Positions 26,414 through 45,629 of a stretch of 64,000 bases of DNA are shown here, one piece after another. The DNA lies in the NCBI RefSeq assembly GCF_009914755.1, contig NC_060947.1. One strand, written 5' to 3'. Each line of letters begins with the position of its first letter. Positions within the stretch are counted from its first letter, which is position 1. The DNA is from the human T2T-CHM13v2.0 reference genome, Homo sapiens. The notes under the pieces were generated by a model. It saw only the letters and a program-made list of their open reading frames with translations. It did not search any database and had not been told where the DNA came from. The position numbers and the translations under genes are program-made.

Positions 26414-26431
26414 TGATCCATTGGCCAGGAA
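26414..26431 (+). other. Primer-binding site, tRNA-Gly-like
   Basis: TGATCCATTGGCCAGGAA vs Gly PBS TGGTGCATTGGCCGGGAA (15/18). Confidence 0.65.
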
Positions 26432-26517
26432 ACTGAGGTACAGCCTTTGTTGGAGCGGTAAGTATGGGAGCGAGCTTAAAATCTGTTGCATCATTCACAA
26501 GGTGCTCTTGGCCTCTA

Positions 26518-26664
<147 letters not shown>

Positions 26665-27857
26665 TCAGCCTAGTACATACACAGCGTTGGCTGCTGTACT
26701 AAAGACTCAGATGTGAGGCTTGCTGGTGAGAACATGGAGAACCCCCCAATACCCATGAGTACTGGGAATGTTGGCCATGTTTTGAACTAGTTTCTTTTCA
26801 TCGCTTGAGGCTGGGAAAAGTTCTGAGGTAACTGAGAATTTCTGGCCAGGGGACATACTGGCATGATTCAAAGGCCTCTGGACCAGACCCAGCCTCCAAT
26901 AGCCTGTTCTGGGTGTGTGGCAGAGAACCCTCAACTATACCGTTGCAAAACTCTTCTTCCTTCTCTATCTGTGGCGTCTTACTCTTTCTCTGATTGAAAT
27001 GTGCAGGGATTTTTACAGCCTAGGAAAGAAATCCTGTTAGGCAAGATCAGGAAAATGCCTCTAGAAACAGTTTTCCCCATTGCTCTGCAGTGAAGTTACT
27101 TGCTACCAGGTCTCTGGCAAGCACATAGTATTTCTAAGCTAACACCGCCACCTAGTGGAAATAGGAATCCTCTACATGAGACACATTTTTTTCCTTTTTC
27201 TTTCATGGTAACACTGCAGCTTCTTTTTACACCATTAAAAATCAGGCTCTATGCTTCTTCTGGAAATGGGAATTTTCTGCCTTTAGCAGTTAGGAGTAAG
27301 ATGTCTTCCGCAGCCAGATTTTAGTCCCAATATTGTCCCATCAGTAGAAAAATGGCCATTCGGGTCCTACGTTCTTTTAAGGCACCTATTATGTCTCTGA
27401 TTAAAACAGTACTTAATTAGTAAGGGAAATTTAAATTCAGAAGTTAACCAGAACCACTTTTTTTAAGGGTAAGTGCTTTAGCATGGGCTGTAATAGCAGG
27501 TAATCTAGCACATTGCCTCCACTAAAGGAGCCTTGCCCAAAAGTGACACAGTCTCTTCAGAGATCTGTTTTTCAGAGAGCCAGACAAATCACACAGGTTC
27601 TAGAAAGTCAAAGGGAAATCATACAAGGCAGATAAGCTAAGGCTGCATGGGTAAGCGTGGTTGGCCCCATCACTTAGCTCATCTGGTTCCATGGCTTGGA
27701 GGACCATGCCTGCAACCATGGGGGGCATATTTAACATGGTGCCAGGATCCAGAAACCAGGGAGGGGAGACACTTGGAGGATGCTCGATGTCTTCTCCTCC
27801 ACTCTGGGTCATACAGAAAGGAAGGAGACTAAGAGGAAGCTTCTATTCTCACTTCTA

Positions 27858-28047
27858 TCCTGCCTCAGCCTCCAGAGTAGCTGGGACTAAAGGCGCCCAC
27901 CACCATGCCTGGCTAATTTTTGTATTTTTGGTAGAGACGGGGTTTCACCATGTTGGCCAGGATGGTCTCGACCTCCTGACCTCGTGATCCGCCCGCCTCA
28001 GCCTCCCAAAGTGCTGGGATCACAGGTGTGAGCCACCACGCCTGACC
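27858..28047 (-). mobile_element. AluS (Sc-like), 3' third and tail missing
   Basis: Left arm and linker are present; the element stops abruptly at tcctgcctcagcc with no T-tail. Confidence 0.85.
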
Positions 28048-30859
28048 CAAAATTTTGCAATGACAGTTTCAAAAGCTGCCTATCACCCCTTTGAAAATAC
28101 CTTGTATGCTCACAATTAAGTCATAACCTAATTAAGGCTTGTTGGTTTCACCTGTGACGTTACTTTTTGTAAAGTTCAAAAGCCGAAAACCTTAAGTGCT
28201 TGGCTTGGCTAAACTCAAGTAACAAGGGAGTTCAAAGGATTTTCTTAAAGCATGCTCAGCTTAATTAAAAGTGGATATTCAAGTTATAAGTATATTTTAA
28301 AGGCCTTTATGTTTTTCTCTTATTGGATCTTGTTTTTCTAGGAAAAGGCTCTTTTCTTATCAGTCAACTGAATTACTTTTCTCCATTTTTTGTCTTACCA
28401 GTCTTAATGCATGCTACCTGACCCTGTTCATCCAAGGGCTCCACCCTGAAGCCAGTAATCCAATTAAGAAACTGGCAAATAAAAAATCTTACAAGTGTTG
28501 AATCTTTTGTCTGTTCACGTTGCTGTATATGTGTTGTGTGCAATGTCTATAAAAAGAGCTCTAATTGATTGGCTTAAAGAAAAATAAGTGTCTTAAATCA
28601 AATACTTTTTAGTTCACATGACTTTAAGAAATAAAAATAGTCAAGGATTATTGGTAAAATGCAAGTGTCATCAAAATGCAAAAAGGTGGTGTAAATCATA
28701 CAACTTAGATACTAGGTTTGCTAGATGTTTCAAGGTTGTACACTGCCTGCTTTACAGATAAGTAAGGCCTGGGACACATGGAGCTAGATGCTGAAAAGTC
28801 AGACTTTATCTGCACTTCTGTCTGGGTCCTAGGATCCACACTTTGTACGTAATTAAAATCACTTACCAACCAGGTTTTTCACCAAAAAGAAAAGTTGTTA
28901 AAAGTTAACAGTGCAACATGTATTTGAGATCACCAAATAGTTTTACATGCAAGGCATATAAAAACAGTAAAATGTGGGTTTTTTTTTTCAGTAAAATATT
29001 ATAAGAAAGCAGGGCAATGTAAATTTTGCCCTGGGATGAGGGATTATGTTAAATTTGATAAGATAGGGCTAGAGGTTTAAGCAAGTTATAGAAAGATTGA
29101 AAATATTAATCTTGCAAAATGTGTAAACATTAATTAGACTCAAAAGGATATTATGGTATTTTACAGTTTATAATCAAGTTATATTAAGGATTTTAACAGG
29201 TATTCTCAAATGCAGGTTTTTAATAGTTTTAAAGATTGTAACATTGAAAGAAAGAACATATGGGACTCATAAAGAACTGACATGTTCACAAATATCAAGC
29301 AAAACGAGTTAACTAAAAGGACTGCACTCTAAGTTAAAGCAACCTTTTTGACTGTTGCTTGGAATATTGCTAATCCTTGTTTTGATTTTCAGAGTCAAGG
29401 AAACTTATTTTGAACTATTTACCACCTTTAATAATTGAATAAGGTATATTCATGTGAACAAAATTTCAAGCATGTTTGTTTTTGTCTGCCTGGTTCCTCT
29501 AGAATTTGGAAACTATCTGTGAGTACTCTTAGCTTATGGCAATATAGTTGTTTGCATCAGTGCAATAAGGATCCATTTTTCTTTTTCAACAGGACACAAT
29601 TGGAAAATCTGGTTATTTTACCAAGGCTTTGACTGAAAGGGTATGTTTCCTTTTAAGGAATCAAGCTTGACATGCAGAGCCAATAAAAGCTCCTTGGGGA
29701 GAAGTGGCCTTGTGCACTGTCTACACAGTCCCCACACAGTGTTCTTAACCTGTGGTCAGTAAAGAATGTCACTTTCTAACAGGTCCAGGAGCTCCAAGTT
29801 TATCTTAGGACCTCAAGAGGAGAGGATCACCCAACTCACAGGTATTTGAGGATACAAACCCATGGCTGAGCTTGGCTTTAAAGGTCTTATCAGAGATTCC
29901 TTGTGGAACAGAGTTCTATCAAGGCCAATCCAAAAGGCCTATGTAGAAATAACCATTCTTGCTTTGCTGCACTTTATGCAAATAATCAGGCCAAGTATGA
30001 AACTAAAGTTTATTCTATGAACAACACACACGGTCTTATCATAATTTGTTTTTACCAAAAATGAGGACTGGAGAGAGAAATTGTTCTCCAAAGCTTACCA
30101 TACATTTGTCATTAAATCCTAGTCTCATTCATTTTTTTTAAGATTTTGCCTACATTTTAGACTAACCCTGCTTATTCCTGTGAATCAAGTGGCAATCTCC
30201 TGCAGCTTGGAAGAAACAAAAAGGGATGGGTAACATAAATATCTGGATCAATATTCTAGTTCTGGGCAATTATCCTGCAAATTCTGCCAGGCAATGAAAG
30301 TGAATAGGGTGCCCATAACCCAGAGGTTTCTTTGTTTGGGAAAATAAAACCAAAGAACTTCATAGATCTCCAAAGGGAAATTCTCCAGCTGAGTCTGCTA
30401 GGACTTTTTATTGGGTTTAGTAATACATCATACCCTTTAGCTCCTACAATATCAGCCATGGCCCATTTGTAATAAGACTAATTGCTGGATCTGTCCTGAG
30501 CGGTTTGCTCAGTTCAATAACACTAAGAAACTACACTATAGTAGCAATGATCTCCAACTTATTATTTTTAAATTCCTCTGATATGGCCGCATCATCTGGA
30601 GACATCCCTAACCTAGGCTCCTTTTTAGAAAGTGCACTATCTTGGACATACCGAACAAAGAGATCTATCGTTTCCATGCCCTCATATGGAGATTTAACTG
30701 AAAGAGATGGTTGGAGAGGGCAAACACATGACGATAACATCTTAGACCATGAGTGGGGAATTCTATAACCAAAGGCCTCTTCTGGTTTGCTGGTATTCCT
30801 CTCCTTGCCATTATGATGCAACAAGGATGGAAGGCAACAGTAGGAGCCACAGAAGCACA

Positions 30860-31260
30860 CCACCCATAGACTCTTTAGCCTCAGTAGTAGCACAGAATAG
30901 ATGGGCCTTAGATGTCCTTACAGCTGAAGTAGGAGGTACCTGTGCACTTTTAAATGAAACATGCTGCTTCTGGATTAACACCTCTAGTAAAGTACAGGAA
31001 AATCTACAGGTACTTGAAGATCAAATCAAAATTATTGACAGGCTCAGGGAAAATGCAGGCTTCAGCCCCAGGTGGCTACAATCCCTCTTTAATGAATTCC
31101 AGTCTTCTTTATGGAATTGACTAACCCCTTTATTAAGCCCTCTCTTGCTTATATGTCTTGTATTAATATTTGGACCCTGTATACTCAATACTATAGCTCA
31201 AATTGTGTCCTCTAGCCTAGAAGCAATCAAACTCCAACTGGTGCTGCTGACTGAACTACG
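30860..31260 (+). pseudogene. env TM remnant
   Basis: DSLASVVAQNRWALDVLTAEVGGTCALLNETCCFWIN (ISD + CX6CC), followed by a hydrophobic anchor. Confidence 0.85.
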
Positions 31261-31422
31261 CATGGATACGCCATTCTTCTGAGGACCCTTAGACCAACCC
31301 CAGGAGGAGCCCTGACTTCTGTTCCCCATTTGATGCCCCTTTTCAAGCAGGAAGTAGCCAGAAAGAGTCATTGCCCAAAACCACCTAACAGCAGTTGGGG
31401 TGACGTCTCCACAGGGGGGAAA

Positions 31423-32057
31423 TGTTATAGGAGTTATTAAGAAATTATCTTAGGCAGATAGAGAGCAAAAGGGGTCCTTGGGAAATTTTTGTTTCTTTTA
31501 AAGTAGCTGCAGAAATGTTTCTTGTCTAGCAGGAAAGCCCCAGCTCTTAAAGCTGGGCCAGCAATCTTTGATATGCAAATGCTGGCCATTAGAAACTGGG
31601 TCCACCCAAACATGGCGATTCCTACCGTCTTCTTCTTGCCCTTGCCTCCACATGTGCCTGGCAACATGGCCGCCCCCACATATCCCCATGTGTTAGAACA
31701 TCATGGTGCCCTGCATTTGCATATTAAAAGGCTAGGGTGGGAGGGCCAGTTTATTTGTGGGCTACATGAATGATATGCCTGGTCAAACCAATCCCCTGAG
31801 CCCTATGCAAATCAGATACCACCTCCTCCAGCCTCCTCATATAAGCAGCCACTTTCTGCTGCACTTGGGGTTTTTCTCTTTGTTTGAATACACCCTCTGT
31901 CTCTGTATAGGGGGAGCTGTTTTCTTCTTCCTTCCTTCTTTCTTGCCTATTAAACTCTCTGCTCCTTAAAACCACTCCATGTGTGTCTGTGTCATTTTAT
32001 CTAAATTGGCACGAGACTAAGGACCCTGATGTTCCTCCAGTCATTGGAGCTGTATCA
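31423..32057 (+). promoter_or_regulatory. 3' LTR (LTR9B-like) with three octamer motifs
   Basis: ATGCAAAT at 31573-31580 and 31805-31812; ATTTGCAT at 31715-31722. Confidence 0.75.
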
Positions 32058-32232
32058 CTCCAAAAGGGCTCACTGGTGGGGCAACAGAATCTGCTTTGCA
32101 GCAAAGTCACCCTTGCAAACAAGCTAATATGGGAACCACATGTAACTTAGCCAGACTAGATCATGTAACTTCAAGAAATTGCAGTACATTACCAGCTGTG
32201 ATAACTCCTGAAAATTCAAGGGAGCTCAAAGT

Positions 32233-32730
32233 CGACAGAGCAGGAGCATTGCCATCATGGATAAGCCCCTCATTCTAAAGTTCACCTTAATAAAAAATTG
32301 CCTAAATCCAAAGGTCATCAGCCTAATGGCTAAGGTCAGTGCAACCATAAACCACAATAACATCTCCAACCAGAAACATCCCAAACTCCTCCCCAACCAC
32401 AGACATGCTAGCCCCAAGGTAAGTCCCCTCTGGTCAGGAAGATGCCAGCCTCAAGATAACCACTCTCTGGCCAGAAAGATGTCTGCTCCAAGATAACTTC
32501 CCCTCCTCCCAGAGACATTCCAACCCTGCCATAGAACTTCTCTCACACAGAAACATTCCAAGACTGTAATAAGCCCCTCACCCTAAAACCAATATATACT
32601 CTTAGTCTATAAGAAAAAGCACTCCTGACTGAAATCAGCCAGAAGCCCCTCTCAGGTTTTATCTAAAGTAAACCTGTCTCTAACTGCCAGCCACATTTAA
32701 TGTTTCTTTCCTCTTTCTTTAACTCTTATA
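32233..32730 (+). mobile_element. ERV1 solo LTR (LTR19-like) in the DDX3 3'UTR
   Basis: (T>C)GACAGAGCAGGAGCAT...CTCTTA(C>T)A with 5-bp TSD AAAGT (32228-32232 / 32731-32735). The family call is tentative. Confidence 0.75.
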
Positions 32731-33389
32731 AAAGTCACAAGAAGAAATGAAAGGAATAATCAGCAGCCCTATTCAGAAGTTGGTTTCAGGACTTAATTGC
32801 TGTAGTTTGGGTTTAACTCTCCCCTCCTACTTTAGTCCCACCCTAAGCTGCATTTATAATTTTGTGACTGAGGATCATTGGTTTGTTAATGTACTGTAAC
32901 ATTAACTTTAGACAACTTGTTACTTTGATGTCCTGTTGGCTCAGCAATGCTCAAGATACCAATTGTTTTGACAAAATAAATTTACTAAACTTTGGCTAAA
33001 ATCAAACCTTGGCATACAGGTGTGACACAACTTTAACAGGAATCATCAATTCACCCATAAATATAAGAAGGAAAAATACCCTTAGGCAGTAGCCTGCATT
33101 AGGACTGTTTGATTCTTGCAGACTTGGGGGCTGGGAGAACATCTTAAAGCATTAAAACATAGTTTCTTATGTGGCCAACCTCTACTAAGTTAAGTTTGAA
33201 CTTGCTCACTCTATCCTGGATAGGCATTTAGAACCTTATACTCTTTAAATAAACCAGTCCAATCATGATGAGGTGGGATGTATCAATATACCCATTAACA
33301 TTTTTGAAAGCACTCTTTGAAGTTAATTCAAGTAAATATAGCAATTTCACATTTAACGTATAGGCAATTTATTCTAAGCTAGACAAATG

Positions 33390-33704
<315 letters not shown>

Positions 33705-33855
33705 TTAATTAGCTTTTTCAATACCTGCCACAAACAAATTTGAAATGTTAGAATGGCTGACAATGGCAATGACCAGTTCTCACCACAGGCCTGGTCGGAT
33801 TCTGGTCTTCAATACATGCTAGGGTTGATGTTTTCTGGTGAAAAAGAAGTATGAA

Positions 33856-37790
<3,935 letters not shown>

Positions 37791-40700
37791 AAAAAGGAGT
37801 ATGAACAGGAAGGATTATGCAGCAGGCTTTAACTTAATGCAGATTTATATTGCTCTGTTAAAGCTGCATCGAAATGTTAAAGTGGCTTATACATGCAGAC
37901 TTTGTAAATCTAAGAATAACAGAAATCGTTGAGATTACACAGGTTGTAAATATGTACTAAGCTGCACATGGTGTGTGTTGTATATAGTGCAGTTTTAGCG
38001 TATTTTAGTTACATAGGTTTCCATTGTATTTATAGTCTCTTATGCTAAATTTGGCCAAGTATGATTGTCCACTACTAAAAATACCTCTCCCACTCGGAAT
38101 TCTGTAGATTTTGTGGCTAGAAACAAATCTTTACAGTGGTATAATAAGTTGGCAAAAATTTCTTAAAGTGCAATCGATTTTCAGGTGTATTGTGCCTTGT
38201 TCTAAAACTTATCAGTAGGTGCACTTGACAGTATTGAGGCCATTTGTTATGGTGCTATTTTATTTAGTATAGGTTTCGTCTCCTGTACATTTTACCCATA
38301 ATGTTTTACAAAATTCTTATTTTACTGCACATTCAGAGACTTTTATATATGTATGTCTTGTGTGCATATCCCCAAACTTCCAATGTTGTTTTGTCTCTTG
38401 GAGATTGTTGAATGCAGCTTGTCAAGAAGTAGATTCTAAAATTTAATTTGGGAGCATGGAATAATAGTTGAGAAGAAAACTATTTGCACACAACAGATTT
38501 TAGATACTTTTTGCTGCTAGTTGTGTAATATTTGTTAAACATTTTTGACAAATATTTATTTTTGTAAGCTTAAAAATCATTCTTTGAAAGTTTAAAGAAA
38601 CTTGACCAAAAGACAGGACAAAAAACACTGGTACTTGAATGTTGCATGTCACCATATGAGAAATAATGTATTTCGGGGTAGTGTGAGCTTTTAATGTTAA
38701 GTCTTATTAAACTTGAGTCAAATTAAGCAGATCCAGCATTGGCAATATAGCTGTAATTTTCTGAGAAAATTTAAGACAAAATTGTCAACTTGAAATTAAA
38801 ACATGCCAAGGTTTTGATATACTTGTCATAAGACATTAATGAAACACTTCTAAACACTGATATGAAGTGTCCACATCCACAAAAGGTTCTCTGAGTTTTG
38901 TTTAGTTTTGCGTTTCGTTTGGTTTGGTTTTCAGTGATTGTCTGGCATATTTGCAATCCTCAAACATGGTTATTTTTGTGTATTGCCATAATCAGTAACG
39001 TTTACATTCAGTTTTATCAGCCAGCAATATTTTCAGTAAATAAAGAATGGAATTGCTGAATGTAATCATTGAACCTCTAGTCACTGTAAGTTTAGTAACT
39101 GCTTACTCTATTAGTTTTAGATGCTAGCAGTGCATGTGCTGTGTTTATTCTGATTTTACTAAAATAATAAGTTGAACAACAACAACAAAAGGAACAAACT
39201 AGGCTCTCTCTGAGGTTGTTTAGGATAAATGGGAGATTCATTTGACTTACATAAAGGAAAGAAGGGAAGAAGATTAAAGGGAAAAACAGTGCCCCACCAA
39301 AGCAGAAGTACTTTAGAAAGGAAAGCAAAGAAAAAAATCACTATTCTGAGGATTAAAAGGTGAGGAAACTAGCCCATTGGAGGCACAAAGATTCCTGCTC
39401 CAAGATGGCTGTCTAAATGCAGCCAGGAGGAACATCTCCCACTGACAGGCCAGGACTTTGAGAAGACTGGTGCACTCCTAGCAGATCTTCAGAGGGAAAG
39501 CATCGAGAGTGGATGAAGGGAAGACAAAGAGGAAGACAAAAGGGGGAGGAAGCTGGGAACCCTGTACCAAGCTACTGTGCACCAGGACTAATTCATGGCC
39601 CCTAACAACTCCTGCAGAGGGGATGAGTTGAACAGGCAAGGAACAACCTGCTCTCAGCACAGGCCTCTGGAGTCCCAGCAGGAGGACACCCCATGACCAC
39701 CACAGAAACTTGGGCTGGCAGGGAAAGCTGCTTAGGGAAGTGGTAGAGGCAGAACTCCAGCCAGTATGGAGCCTAGAGGGTTTGATGTGAGAGTATCTGT
39801 AGTGGACTGTGGCCAGGGACACCCATCCACCTAGGCTTGACTTGCTCCCATAGATATTAGCCCTAGAGGAACTGTTGGGCCTGAACTCTGAAAGGCAGTC
39901 TTGCCCATGAAATGGGGCTAGTCCGACCAGAGCACTCCTTGGTCTGCTGGCCTCTCCTAGGGCCCCAGCTTAGCCGCACCTGCTTACAGTGCAGCCCCCA
40001 GGTACCTCCTGGGGTGCCACATCTATAGCTCCAGCACTGGCAGACCACACCTGACAGCAGAGTGCTCCAGCAGAGCAGCCCCAGTGGACACACCAGCTGA
40101 CCTGTACCATCCCTCAACTGCAGACTCTCCCACATACCATTTTGCCTCCAGGTATTTGCCCATCCCCACCATCCAATCACTTTGCCAGCACATGTTTGCA
40201 TGAGGTGACCTAGTCTTTCCTTTCCTTCCCCACCAGTTCATGTGTGTGTATGCACCTTGCCATGCCACTGCTGCTGGTGTGAGTACATTTCACCCACTCC
40301 CCACCCCTGCACCGCCACTGTCATGGGAGCATTGGTGGGCATGAAGCCCATCAGCCCCACCCCCACCAGTGCCCTGACTCTGCACTGAGGCTGCCAACAC
40401 AAAACTAGGCACAGAAAACAGCTAACCCACCTCCAGCCCTGAGCAGCCACCAGTGCCAGCGTGAATGCACACAGAAGGTGCACACAGTCCTGCAACCACC
40501 AGCACCTCACCCCCATGTTAACACCACCACCGTCACAAATACTTGCACAGTCCCCAGCAGGGGCCCCTGCCCATGAGCCATACTGCCACTACTGTGGCTG
40601 CAAAAGCCCACATGGAGGCCAGCACCCCTGTGCCTGCTACCACCTTGCCATTACCAACGAGCAAGAAATCTGTTGAGTTGCTACTGCCACTGCTGCCAGC

Positions 40701-43700
40701 ATATGCAAACAAGGACGATCCCACTGCCACCACCCTGCAAAATGCTTTGGCTGGTACCAGCCATTGGAGTATTGTGACCAGCAACTGGGAACACCTCAGC
40801 CCCTCCAGCACAGAAGGTTCCTTACCTCAAGGAGCCAGAGATCAAAGCTGGAGCCTGATATCAGTCCCCCAGAGATAGAGCGTACAGTCCAGGAGTCCCA
40901 AGTTTTCCTTGGCACCCTAAAATCTTCAAGTAATGAAGCCAGTCAACCGAATGTACGGTGTACTACAATCAAATCCCCAAGGTGATCAAATAGGATAAAA
41001 GAAAAAAAAAATCCACAAGCCAGCAACCTTAAAGACTGTAGAAACATCAGTCTACAAAGTTGAGAAAGAACCAGCACAAGAACTCTGAAGATTCAAAAAG
41101 CCAAAGTGCCTTATTTCCTCCAAATGACTACATTAGTTCTGCAACAAAGGGTTCTTAACCAGGTTGAGATGGCTGAAATGACAAAAACAGAATTCAGAAT
41201 ATAGATAGGAATGGAGATCATCAAGATTTAGAAGAACATTGAAACACAATCCAAAGAAGCTAAGACTCACAATAAAATAATACAGGAGCTGACAGACAAA
41301 ATAGCCAGTATAGAAAAGAACATAACCCAACCTGATATTGCTGAAAAACATACTACAGGAATTTCATAATGCAATCGCAAGTATTAACAGTAGAATAGGC
41401 TAAGCAGAGGAAAATATCTCAGCGCTTAAAGACTGGCTTTCTGAAATAAGACAGTCAGACAAGAATAAAAAAAAAAAGAAAAAGGAATGAAGAAAATCTT
41501 TGAGAAATACGGGATTATGTAAAAAGACCAAATCTACAACTCATTTGTGTCCCTGAAAGAGATACGGAGAATGGAATCAACCTGGAAAACGTTATTTTAG
41601 CATATGATCCGTGAAAACTTCCCCAACCTAGCTAGATATGCCAACATCCAAATTCAAGAAATGCAGAGAACCCTCGCAAAATACTTTACCAGATCATCCA
41701 CAAGACACATAATCATCAGATTCTACAAGGTTGAAATGAAAAAAAACAGGTTAAAGGCACCTAGAAAGAAAGGACAGGTCATCTACAAAGGGAAGTCCAT
41801 CAGACAAACAGTGGACCTCTCAGCTGAAATCCTAAAAGCCAGAAGAGATTGTGGGCCTATATTCAACATTCTTAAAAATAAGAAATTCCAACCAAGAACT
41901 GCATATCCAGCTAAGTTAAGCTTCACAGATGAAGGAGAAGTAAGATCCTTTTCAGACAAGCAAATGCTGAAGAAATTTGTTACCACCAAACTTACCTTAC
42001 AAGAACTACTAAAAGAAGTACTAAATATGGAAAGGAAAGACCATTACCAGTCACTACAAAAAAACACTTAAGTACACAGACCAGTGACATGATAAAGCAA
42101 TCACACAAATAAGTCTGCAAAATAAGAAGCTAACAACATGATGACAGGATCAAATCCACACATACCTAATGCTAACCTTGAATGTAAATGAGCTAAACAC
42201 CCCAAATGAATGGCACAGAGTAGCAAGTTGGATAAAGAAGCAAGACCCGAAACTATGTTATCTTCAAGAGACACAACTCACATGCAATGACACCAACAGG
42301 CTCAAAATAAAGGAAAAAAGAGAAATCTACCAAGCAAATGGAAAACAGAAAAAAAAAGCAGAGGTTGCAATCCTGATCTCATACAGACTTTAAACCAACA
42401 AGGATCAAAAAAGACAAAGACCTAACTATCCCAAATATGTATGCACCCAACAAAGGAGCACCCAGATTCATAAAGCAAGCTCTTAGAGACCTTCAAATAA
42501 ATGTAGACTCCCACACAATAATAGTTGGATACATCAACACTCCAGTGACAGTACTAGACAGTATACATCAAGGCAGAAAATTCACAAAGATATGCAGGAC
42601 CTGAACTCAACACTAGACCAAATGGACCTGACAGACATCTACAGAACTGTCCACCCCAAAACAACAGGATATACATTCTTCTCATGCCACATGGCACAAA
42701 CTCTAAAATTGACCACACAATCAAACATAAAACAATCAGCAAATGTAAAATAACTAAAATCATTTTGACCCCTCTCTTGGACCACAGCACAATAAAAGTA
42801 GAAAACAAGACTAAGAAAATTGCTCAAAACCATACAATTATATAGAAATTAAACAACCTGCTTCTGAATGACTTTTGGGTAAATAATAAAATTAAGGCAG
42901 AAATAAAGTTCTTTGAAACTAATGAGAACAAAAATACAACATAGTGGAATCTCTGGGTCACACCTAAGGCAGTGTTAAGAGGAAAATCTACAGCACTAAC
43001 ACTCACATCAAAAAGTTAGAAAATCTTAAATTGACAACCTAACATCCCAAGAAGAAAAGCTAGAGAAGCAAGAACAAACTGAACCCAACGCTAGTGGAAG
43101 ACAAGAAATAACCAAAATCAGAGCTGAACTGAAGATCAAGACACAAAAAACCATTAAAAAGTTTAACAAAGCCAGGAGTTTTTTATTTGAAAAAAAAAAC
43201 AGTAATATAGATACACTGCTAGCTAGACTAATAAAGAAGAGAGAAGATGCAAACAGACAGAATTAGAAATGAAAAAGGGGATGTTACCACTAACCAGGAT
43301 TGAATCAGTAATAAATAGCCTAAAAACCAGAAAAAAAGCCCAGGACCAGATGGACTCACAACAAATTCTACCAGATGTAAAAAGATGAGCAGATACAATT
43401 CCTACTGACACTATTCCAAAAACTTGAGGAGAAGGGACTTTTCCCCAACTCATTCTTTGAGACCAGCATCATTCTGATACCAAAACCTGGCAAAGACACA
43501 ACAGAAAAGAAAACTTCAGGCCAATACCCTTAATGAACATTGATGCAAACATCCTCAACAAAATACTGGCAAATCAAATCCAGAAGCACACCAAAAAACT
43601 AATCTACCATGATCAAGTATGCTTTATCCCTGGGATGCAGTTGCTTCAACATATACTAATCAACAAATGTGATTCATCACATTAACAGAACTAAAAACAA

Positions 43701-45148
43701 AAACCACATGATTATCTCAGTAGATGTGGAAAATGCTTTTAACAAAATTCAACATCCTTCATGTTAAAAACTCTCAATAAACTACATATTGAAGGAACAT
43801 ACCTCAAAATAGTAAGTCATTTATGACAAACCCACAGCCAACATCATACTAAATGGGCAAAAGCTGGAAGCATTCCCCCTTGAAAACCTGAACAAGACAA
43901 GGATGCCCTCTCTCACCAGTCCTATTCAACATAATATTATAAGTCCTGGCAACAGCAATTAGGCAAGAGAAAAAAATGAAAGGCATGCAAATAGGAAGAG
44001 AGGAAGTTGAACTATCCCTGTTTGCAGATGAAATGATTCTACATATAGAAAACCTCATAGTCTCAGCCCAAAAGCTCCTTAACCTGACAAACAACTTCAA
44101 CAAGTTTCAGGATACAAAATCAAAATACAAAAGTGACTAGCATTCCTATACACCAACAAGAGCCAAGTGGAGAGCCAAATTAAGAATGCTATTCCATTCA
44201 CAACTGCCACAAAAAGAGTAAAATAACTAGGAATACAGTTAACCAGGGAGGTGAAAGATCTCTACAATGAGAATTACAAACATTACTCAAAGAAATCAGA
44301 GATGACACAAACAAAAAAAAAAAACATTTCATGCTCATGGATAGGAATAATCAATATCATTAAAATGACCACACTACCCAAAGCAATTTGCATATTCCAT
44401 GCCATTTCTATAAATCTACCATTGACATTCTTCACAAAACTAGAGAAAACTATTTTAAAGTTCATACGGAACCAAAAAAGAGCACGAATAACCAAGGCAA
44501 TCCTAAGCAAAAGGAGCAAAAGTGGAAGTAACGCATTAGCTGACTTCAAACTATACAACAGGTCTACAGTAACCAAAACAGCATGGTACTGGTACAAAAA
44601 CAGACACATAGACACATAGACCAATGAAACAGGATAGACAGTCCAGAAATAAGGCCGCACACCCACAATCATCTGATCTTTGACAAAGCTCACAAAAACA
44701 ATCAATGGAGAAAGGACTCCTCATTCAATAAATGGTGCTGGGATTACTGGCTAGCCAGATGCAGAAGACTTAAGCTGGTTCCCTTCCTTACATCATATAC
44801 AAAAATCAACTCAAGATGGATTAATAAATGTAAAACCCAAAACTATAAAAACCCTCAAAAACAACCTACACAATACCAATCTGAACATAGTAACTGGTAA
44901 AGATTTCATGATAAAGACACCAAAAGCAATTGCAACAAAAGCAAAAATTGGCAAATGGAATCTAATTAAACTAAAGAGCTTCTTCACAGCAAAAGAAACT
45001 ATCAACAGAGTAAGCAGACAGACTACACAAAGGGAGAAAATATTTGCAAACTATGCATCTGACAAATGCCTGATATCTAGCATCTATAAATAACTTAAAC
45101 ATATTTATAAGAAAAAAAGAGGCAACCCCATTAAAAAGTGCACAAAGG

Positions 45149-45229
45149 GGCTGACTCCTTTTTCTGAATCAGCCCGCCTGCACCCAGGTGAAATAAACAG
45201 CCTTGTTGCTCACACACACACACACACAC
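45149..45229 (+). mobile_element. Retroposed HERV-H/LTR7 R-region fragment with (CA)n tail
   Basis: gctgactcc..tcagcccgcctgcacccaggtgaAATAAAcagccttgttgctcacac; TSD aaagtgcacaaagg (45135-45148) / aaagtacacaaagg (45230-45243). Confidence 0.8.
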
Positions 45230-45279
45230 AAAGTACACAAAGGATATGAATAGACCCTTTTCAAAAGGGCCCTACATGC

Positions 45280-45629
<350 letters not shown>

